Assembly: GCF_006345805.1 (NCBI RefSeq) | Contig: NC_043015.1 | Location: 19,716,001-19,780,000 of the forward strand | From: Octopus sinensis | Taxonomy: Eukaryota | Length of the DNA stretch: 64,000 nucleotides | Reading direction: 5' to 3' | Shown: positions 55,296-64,000 of the stretch, piece after piece | How the letters are laid out: each line of letters starts with the position of its first letter | How positions within the stretch are numbered: position 1 is the first letter of the stretch | Position numbers and translations under genes: made by a program | The notes under the pieces: model-generated | Told to the model about the DNA's origin: nothing | Seen by the model: only the letters and a program-made list of their open reading frames with translations | Databases searched by the model: none

Positions 55296-56163
55296 TTTAA
55301 CCAAATTGGCAATATGCACTTGGTAAGATGCATTATTGCTTATGTCAATGCCCAGGTCATGCACTGATTTTGACTCAGGAATTACAATTCTTCCCCGGCC
55401 AGTGTATCCGGTCTGCATGTCATTTACCTTTGTGAACTTCCCTGCATTAAACTGCATGTTGTTGTCCTCAGCCCACCTGTATATTGTATCCAACTCCTGT
55501 TGCAGATGTGCAATATTTCATGGGTTTTGTATTGTCTGAGAGACTTTTGTGTCATCTGCATAGCTAGCAAGGGTGGCCAATTAGCAACTGAGGGCATGTC
55601 TGAAATGGCCACTATGAACAGTAGTGCCCCCAAGACAGTGCCCTGTGGAACACCACTTGTGTTTCCTTGGAGGTGGCTCCATTGGCCACCACTGCCTGCC
55701 TTCTATCTTTTAGTAAGTTGTGCAGCCACTCTCCAAGTTTTCTGCCTATGCCGAGATCATGCAATTTGTGACAGATCGACTTTATTAAAGGGTTTTGCAA
55801 AGTCGAGATCTATCACATCCACATTTGAGCCATTTAGTAGCTGTTTTAACACCCAGTCGTAGTGTTGCAGGAGCTGTGTTAGACAGCTTCTACCTGGTCA
55901 AAATCCATGCTGGGTGTCAGTCAGCAAGTCATTTTCTTCAAGGAACATGATTAGTTTCTTGCGGACTATTTGTTCTATGACTTTGCTGATGTGTGAGGTC
56001 AGAGAGATAGGCCTATAATTTTTAGCATCTGCTCTGTTTCCGCCCTTATGGATAGGGCATATCTCTTCTTTCGATTTGACTGGGAGCTTACCACTTGAAA
56101 GAAAGTTCTGAAAAAGAAGCTGTAGTCGTTTTGCAAGGGCTCGTTTGCACGATTTGAGAAGAT
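55296..56163 (-). mobile_element. CR1/L2-type LINE reverse-transcriptase half, opposite in orientation to 51689-53105
   Basis: [17 protein letters not shown]...CPIHKGG...[14 protein letters not shown]...QHGF*PGRSC...DLDFAK...PQGTVLGALLF...YADDT...WAEDNNMQFN. Confidence 0.88.
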
Positions 56164-56218
56164 ATGCATATATATATGTATATATATATATATATATATA
56201 CACACACATATATATATA

Positions 56219-56257
<39 letters not shown>

Positions 56258-56987
56258 CACGTATGTGTATATATATGTATATATACGCATATATATATAT
56301 GTATATACACGTATGTGTATATATATGTATATATACGCATATATATAATATGTATATACACGTATATGTATATATATGTATATATACGCATATATATATA
56401 TGTATATACACGTATGTGTATATATATGTATATATACGCATATATATATGTTATACACGTATATGTATATATATATATGTGTATATACACATATATATGT
56501 ATATACACGTATCTGTATATATATATATATATATATGCATATATATGTATATATATGTGTATATATATGCATATATATATATATGTATATATATGTGTAT
56601 ATATATGCATATATATATATATGTATATATATGTGTATATATATGCATATATATATATATATGTATATATATATGTATATATATATATGTATATATACAC
56701 ATATATATATGTATATACACGTATGTGTACATATATATATATATGTATATATACACATATATATGTATGTACACGTATATGTATATATACACACATATAT
56801 ATATGTATGTACACGTATATGTATATATACACACATATATATGTATATATACACATATATATATGTATATACACGTATATGTATATATACACACATATAT
56901 ATATATGTATATACACGTATGTGTATATATATATATGTATATATACACATATATATGTATATACACGTATATACATATATATATATA
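56164..56987. repeat. ~820-bp (TA)-derived compound microsatellite with higher-order units
   Basis: Recurring gtatatacacgtatgtgtatatatatgtatatatacgcata; source of the long Y/I ORFs. Confidence 0.9.
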
Positions 56988-57861
56988 TGGCGAAGAATGT
57001 ACCCCACAACATAGACTGGTAGTTAGTGACTTTAAGATCAGGACTAAGTGGACGACCAGAAGACGACCAGCATGGAGAAGAAGAGTCTGGAAGTTTAAAG
57101 ATCCTGCGAATGGACAGAGATTTAGGGACATATTACTCGAAGCCTTTGACGAAACAGAAGGGGATATAGCTTCACATGGTGTAGAAGACAACTGGAGGTT
57201 TCTAAGGGACAACTTGCTGAGAGCCACTGACCAGATCTGTGGATGGTGCAAAGTCCCCTCTCGACCCAAAATAACATGGTGGTGGAACAATGTTAGAGAC
57301 AGGGCTATTAGAGAAAAGAGACAGGCTTGGAAGGATGGGAAGAATGGTGGTCGCAGGGAATTGTATCAGACTTCCAGAAGAGAAGCTAGGAGACAGGTTT
57401 ATTTAGCCAGAGGGGGAGCAGATAAGAAAAAATTTGCCAATGCTCTGCGCCATAAGGACCAAAGACTTGAGGTATTTCGTGTTGCAAGACAGTGTGTGAG
57501 AGAGAACCATGATGGGGTAGGAGAGAAATGTGTTCGCATGGATGATGGTTCACTTGCTCTAAATGAGGATGCAAAGAGAGAGGTTTGGAGACGCCACTAT
57601 GAAAGGTTGCTGAATAAAGAAAATGAATGGGAGAAAGAGAGTTTGCTGAATGTCGACCTAACAGAGGGACCAGCTATCTGAGTTGACAGTACCTTGGTAG
57701 ATAAAGCAATTAAAAGTATGAAGACAGGGAAAGCCCCCAGCCCATCAGGAATTACTGCAGAGATGCTCAAAATATTTGGCATTGTCGGCTATAGCCTAGT
57801 CACCCATATAGTTAACCAGGTGATACACGAAGGAGTCATACTCAATGACTGGTGTAGCAGC
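56988..57861 (+). mobile_element. RTE-clade LINE middle fragment (end of APE to start of RT)
   Basis: [15 protein letters not shown]...[10 protein letters not shown]...TWWWNN...EVWRRHYERLLN...MKTGKAPSPSGITAEMLK...NDWCSS. Confidence 0.85.
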
Positions 57862-58740
57862 TGAGAATAATAAAACCCGAATCCTTCATTCGTACTATGC
57901 CAAACCTATGGCCTCCAAATATTTGATCCACCAGAACTCAGCTATCGCGGACAATGCCAAATTCAATATTTTGATGGCAGACCTCGTCAGAACAATGCGA
58001 AATGTGTCCCACATGTGCAAGCCTACAGAGTTAAAGAGACACATACAACATTTTGTTCACCGCATGCAGTTCTCAGGTTACAGCCATAAAGACAGGATCA
58101 GAGTATACAAAGGAGCCATGAAGAAATTTGATACTATCTTATGTAATGATAAGAATGGGATTTGCCCACTCTATAGGAGCAAGTCATGGAACACTATTGA
58201 AAGGACTAAGAAGAAAATAGGGAAGGCCAAATCTTGGTATGATAGCCACAAATACCAGAGTGTCATGTTTGTCGACACCACCCCTAGAGGCGAACTGGCG
58301 TACCGCTTTAGAAGGGCCCTAGACAAACTTAAGCTAAGGATTAAGGTTGTTGAAAAGCCAGGCAACCCTATCAAATCCATAATCGGTAGAACCTACCCTT
58401 TTAGTAGAACCCCTTGTATGGATAGGTACTGTACTGTGTGTAGATTTAGCCCACAAACAAACTGTAAAGCCAGAAATGTAGTCTATAGTATAAGATGTAT
58501 AGAGGGACGATGCAGTAACAAGACAATGACATACGTAGGAAAACGGCACGGAGCATAGGAGAGCGGGTAAATGAACATTGGAGAGAACTTAAGGAAGGAA
58601 AGAGCTCAATCAACAACATAGAAGTTAAAATCTTGTCCACACATAGAACAGACGCAACAATCAGACAAATTATGGAAGCTACACACATAATAGAAGATAA
58701 ACCTAGCCTGAATAGGAAACTGAAATGGAACACTAGCACA
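57862..58740 (+). mobile_element. Penelope-like element 3' fragment: RT thumb/linker, Cys-rich motif and GIY-YIG endonuclease (one frameshift)
   Basis: YYAKPMASKYLIH...FSGYS...PC..RYCTVC...NC.ARNVVYSIRC...YVG/(E)TARSIGERVNEH...RQIMEATHI...PSLN. Confidence 0.8.
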
Positions 58741-59355
58741 CACCACAACATATGACAGAAGAGGATCCCCATAAACTGGTTACAATATAAACAAAACTGA
58801 AAACATAATAAAATAAAATAAAATACACAGATAAATAAATGGAAGTAAATAACTATATACATATATTTTTTAATTTTATTTTTTTTAATATTTATTATTA
58901 TTATTACTATTATTATTGTTATACATACCTACATACATAATAATAATAATAATGATAATAATAATAATAATAATAATAAGTGGGTGTAAACACATGAACA
59001 AAACAAGAATAAACAAAAACAAATTTCACGAACAGGAGATACAAATATTACAAGCGTTTTCTCCCCACACACACACTAACTAAACATAGACACACATAGA
59101 GATATATGCTTGCGCAAATGAAGACACATACAATAGAAATACAAAATGGCTGACGGTTAGTAAGGAGAGACACACAAATAAGAAAGAAGAAAGCAAAGGA
59201 CCACTGATGCGGTCACAGGAGTGTGACGAAAGAACTCTGGCCAAAATAAGATTAAGATTAATGTTAAAAAATAAATAACGATGATGCAAAATAACACCAA
59301 ATATATAGTGCATGTATTTTTATTGGTTAAACTGGCAAAATGACCATTCCTAAAT

Positions 59356-59386
<31 letters not shown>

Positions 59387-59633
59387 CACAAGATAAGAAA
59401 ATGGAGAAATACATCTAAATCAAATATCAATTACCAGATAATACTCAATCACATACTTTATTAAACCACCACATAAGAGACTGTAGGGTTAAATATAAAA
59501 AGCAGAACAAATCAGTGTACATAAAGGAATGTACATAAAAAAGTGTACATAAAAGAGTAATGTTGTATAATAAGTAGAATATATATAAAAGAGAATATAA
59601 ATATAAGTAAATATAAATATAAGTATAGATTAC

Positions 59634-59761
59634 ATCTTACAGCTGTTTCGGCCATGTAGATAAGTATGTCTCATTTTAACCAATATTAGCTCTTTATGGT
59701 GGGTCAATATATAGATATAAATGAGACATTTACAAAAATATCATAAGGCCTCTTCGGAGAT
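59634..59761 (-). ncRNA. Hammerhead-ribozyme-like motif with a long helix II insertion (U4>C variant)
   Basis: ATCT-CCGAAGA-GGCC-(~95 nt containing an 11-bp hairpin atgtctcattt/aaatgagacat)-GGCC-GAAA-CAGCTGT-A-AGAT. Confidence 0.5.
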
Positions 59762-61382
59762 TATGTAATATAAATCAGTCTACATAATACCCACATGGTG
59801 TGGGGAGCATACCCATAATACAACATATACATATACATATGAGTGCATATACTACTCCACTCTTATACCATATAAAAATATACATATACTTAATGATATA
59901 AATAAATAAAATAAATTAGTAAACATATATATGTGTTCAACATCCAATGTCTCAGTTTTTCGACTTAATATTGTGATAATAAACATACACAAATTAGTAC
60001 TAGATGCAAATATACATAGTCAATAGTACATTATATTACTTCATTCTAATTTCTAAAGTGTCATTAAAGTTAGCACCACTATCGTTGTCAATACCATTAA
60101 TGTTACCATTATTATCATTCATAATATTATTAATAACACTTACATTAGGATCCAGAGCGGTATATATGTATGTCCGGGTTCCAGTTAGTAATTTTCCTTA
60201 TGACATAAATACACTATTGGATTTGAATTTAAAATTATCATTATCTTCAGCACGGTTGGTCAATTGAGAGCCGCCCACACAAGCAAAACATACACATCCA
60301 CATCTAACCCTAAACCCACACATCCACACAGAAACTCACACACACATGCACACACACACATGAATACACCCCGACACATCTCTACACATTCACTAAATTG
60401 CAGAGTGCATGTCTGTCATCACATGGCTTATATACAAATCAGTACAGGCAGCAGTGTCTAACACTAACACACACACTCACACGCACATCCGCATATACGC
60501 ATAAATATTAATACACTTTCCTATACTGTGTCAGGGAACTTTCGCACACACACATATATATATTTAAATATATATCTGCGCACTCATACGTACAAATAAA
60601 ACCTATATTTATATCCACCCATGAATAAATATTCGTATATACATATATACATATCCAAGTATGCACTGGCGTGCTCATATGTGTAATAAAAACATACATC
60701 TGTACATCCACCCACGATCATACCTATATGAACAAAAACATATATATGTACACATACACATTTTCACACACCTACATTTATGTATTAACTTTGTTGGGTA
60801 CTTCACTAGCAGTATATTGGATATATGTTATCCCATGGAGGGTTGCATTTACAACCCCTATCTCAATTTGTATATATATATAGTAAATCCCCAAAAAGAA
60901 GAACAATAAACACAAAATACACAACAACATGAGGGCATGGTAGACGTAAAGTATAATCAGACGCTCAGGGAAGGAAAAAAAGATGGTTTAACATTTCAAG
61001 CAACGATCTACTTCAGAAACAGAGCAAAGTCCAATAGAAAGGAAGACGGAGGAAGAAAATCGCCAATGATTCACATGCGGTTACAAATAAATACATATAT
61101 ATGTATAGGGAGAGTTCACGAAAAAAGCAAAAGACGAAGACAGGTGTATTAGTGTAACGCTCAGAAATTGAAAAAGTCTTTTACGTTTTGAGACTACACT
61201 CTTCTACAGAAAGAGACACAGAAAAAAACAAGGAGAGAAAAAAATGTGTGTAGTGGCTACGCACACACGCACACACATATATATATAGTTAATCCAAACA
61301 AGAAAACACAAAAAAACACAACGCGAGGACGTGGAACAAACATAGTATTATTGGACACTCAGGAAAGAAGGAAAAAAGGAAG

Positions 61383-61417
61383 GTTTAACGTTTCGAGCGA
61401 AGCTCTTCGTCGGAAAC
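61383..61417 (-). ncRNA. Hammerhead-like motif in a second copy (61288-61510) of the element at 15669-15892
   Basis: GTTT-CCGACGA-A-GAGC-ttc-GCTC-GAAA-CGT-T-AAAC; U4>C; stem II differs in sequence from the 15.7-kb copy but still pairs. Confidence 0.5.
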
Positions 61418-61679
61418 ATAGGAGAAGGAAAGATCCAGAGAAGCGAAGACAGAGGAAAAATAAATCGCCAACGGTACACACGAGGTCACATTTTGAAAGA
61501 CCGGAAGGAGCACACACTCATATATATATACATATATATATACACACACACATATACACATATATAGTTAATTTAGTTAAAAATGTAGACACAAGTTGTT
61601 AGAATATGTGTGTGTGTATATATATATATGCACACACACACACATATACATGCACAAATACAAATATGTACACATATAC

Positions 61680-62690
61680 CTCTCGCTCAAAGTAAAAAGT
61701 AGACTGTATGACATGTGTACAAACAGCCATGCTACATGGCAGTGAAACATGACCCATGACTGCTGAGGGTATGCATAAGCTTGTAAGGAATGAAGCCAGT
61801 ATGCTCCACTGGATGTGCAATGTCAGTGTGCATACTCGACAGAGTGTAAGTGCCCTGAGAGAAAAGTTGAATTTAAGAAGCATCAGATGTGGTGTGCAAA
61901 ATAGATAACTGTGCTGATATGGTCATGTGTTGTGTATGGATGAGGACAGCTGTGTGAAAAAGTGTCACACCCTAGAAGTTGAGGGAACCTGTGGAAGGGA
62001 TAGACCCAGGAAGACCTGGGATGCAGTGGTGAAGTACGACCTTCTAACATTGGGTCTTACTGAGGCAATGACTAGTGACCGAGAACTTTGGAGATATGCT
62101 GTGCTTGAGAAGACCTGACAAACCAAGCGAGACCATAAGCCAAGACCTATACCAGTGGGTGTAACCAGCTCACTTATGAGCACCCCTCATTCACTGGACA
62201 ATAAACTTTTGAGGCAAATAAAATCAAAATCACTGATGTGGCCAATGTCAGAACATTGCTAGTGGAATGTTGAAAGCACCATCCGAGCGTTATTGTTGCC
62301 AGAACCACTGATTGGCTCCCGTGCCAGTGGCACATAAAAAGCATCATTCGAGCATCATCAGTGCCAGCGTTGCCTTACCGGCATGAAAAACAGCATTCGA
62401 GCGTGGTCATTGCGAGTGCAGTCAGACTGGCTCCCATGCAGGTAGCAATTAAAAAACACCTTTTGAGTGTGGTCGTTGCCAGAACCGCCTAACTGGCCCT
62501 TGTGCCAGTGGCATGTAAAAGCACCCACCAGAGTCTTAGAGTGGTTGGTGTTAGGAAGGGCACCAACTGTAGAAACTTTGCCAGAACTGATTGGAGCCTG
62601 GTGCAGCCTTCTGGCTTGCCAGTCCTCAATCAAACTGTCCCACCCATGCCTGCATGGAAAGTGGATGTTAAACAACAATGATGATAATGA
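61680..62690 (+). mobile_element. RTE-clade LINE 3' end (ORF2 C-terminus, subrepeat-containing 3' UTR and (GAT)n-like tail)
   Basis: LSLKVKSRLYD..TAMLHGSET*...YGHVLCMDEDSCVKKC...GRDRPRKTWD..V..DL...DRELWRYAVLEKT*, followed by the UTR seen alone in many short copies. Confidence 0.82.
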
Positions 62691-63172
62691 TACACATATA
62701 TAACTTTGAGCAACTAAAACTTGTCAAAAAAACAATGAGCTAAGTGTTCTACATAGTCGCTCAATCCACTAGAGATAGCAGCTAAATTCCCCTTGAAAAA
62801 AGGAAGCACATAGAATGATCATATCTAGAAGTCTTTGATCATAAGATCTGAATGGCCACTAGCTTCTCTGCTACTAAACTACAATAGCATCTTCAACAAC
62901 ATTTAATACTTGAGCAGTTTTTTTTCTCTGGATGTGGTTTAAGTAGTCTGTGTGTGCAACTTCAGGACCACCACTCCAGACAAGGAAGCAATACCCCACT
63001 GGGTCAGTGGTGTCAGTCACCTCATTTGACCAAATTGTGAGATTGATGGTCTATATCTGTCACTAGCCCTGCTTTTTTTCTACTGTCAAGGCACTCAACT
63101 AGCCACGTGCAAATCTACTCAGGTAACTTAGCAGGTACTTAGTCTAACGTACGATATTTATATAATTTTAGA

Positions 63173-63278
<106 letters not shown>

Positions 63279-64000
63279 ATGTATATATAACACACACACA
63301 CATCTACAGGTGTTAAACTTTAGTTAATATTTGTTGAAGGCTGAACATGCATGACACGGATTAAACTTAATTATTTCTTCAGCCTGCAACACTTGCTTTA
63401 AACACTACCAGCCTCCTTGGTACACCACCATGATGACCCACATACACTACCTCCCAAAGTGTCACTGCTAACACTTACTAATCCTAAAATTGTGTCTTGA
63501 TTTCACAATCAGGTAAGCAGCTTAGGAACAAGCTGGGAGAGGCTTTCACTTGAAAGAAGATGATTCTTACAGAATAAGAAATGAGAAACTTTAGTTTTCA
63601 TTAAAAAAAATACTCATTCATCACTCCAGTGCCCAATTCAATTTTTAATTAATTAAAATTTGGTTTGTTATTTTTTTTAAATCTTAAAAATTCCAGAAAA
63701 TACATTTGGTTTTTAATTAAAATTTCAGGGTTGTCTCCCATGCCCTTCTTTTTTTTTTACCAATCTTTTTTTATCAAGCCTTTTGTTATATTTCTATTGA
63801 AATATGCTGCATTTTGTTTTGATTCCCTATTCCCAATTCCTCCGTCTGCACAGGGTCTGCAGTGACAACCATGACTTTGAGACTCAGTCTCAACTCATGG
63901 TTCGCCATTTCCTCCTGCTATCCATGCTGCCCTTGCCAGAGCATGTTCCAGGGACGGTGCATCTGCTCTCTCCCCTGCACTTACCCTGCCATCACTTGTC

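Noticed and set aside
55999-57681. 505-aa, 337-aa and other long Y/I-rich ORFs
   Set aside because: Stop-free (TA)-rich microsatellite; the 505-aa ORF is that tract fused in frame to an RTE LINE fragment
63383-63512. Candidate exon (tttcttcag ... AG|gtaagc)
   Set aside because: 130 nt, stops in all three frames, no filamin similarity; a non-coding exon cannot be excluded

Overview
AT-rich, microsatellite- and retroposon-dense animal genomic DNA. The repeat families look like those of octopus/coleoid cephalopods; this is inferred from memory, not from a search. The only host gene I can support is an internal part of a + strand filamin-family gene: 14 GT-AG coding exons between 7544 and 40818 (2037 nt, 679 codons, about 7 Ig-like filamin repeats), with neither start nor end in the window. 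Every exon is phase 1-1 and a multiple of 3, in a repeating 4-exon/2-repeat module with one apparent intron loss. The introns hold tRNA-derived SINE arrays, RTE, CR1/L2 and R4/Dong LINE fragments, a Penelope-like (GIY-YIG) fragment, MITE-like hairpins and a 28-bp minisatellite. The most unusual signals are: (1) minimal type-I hammerhead-ribozyme-like motifs with palindromic helix III in several unrelated repeat families, including a palindromic tRNA-headed element present four times; (2) an ~800-bp-arm inverted repeat (53381-54983) with a canonical-core hammerhead in each arm; (3) a CR1/L2 LINE split into oppositely oriented halves around that palindrome. An assembly artefact cannot be excluded for (2) and (3). 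Coordinates were counted by hand; repeat boundaries are approximate.
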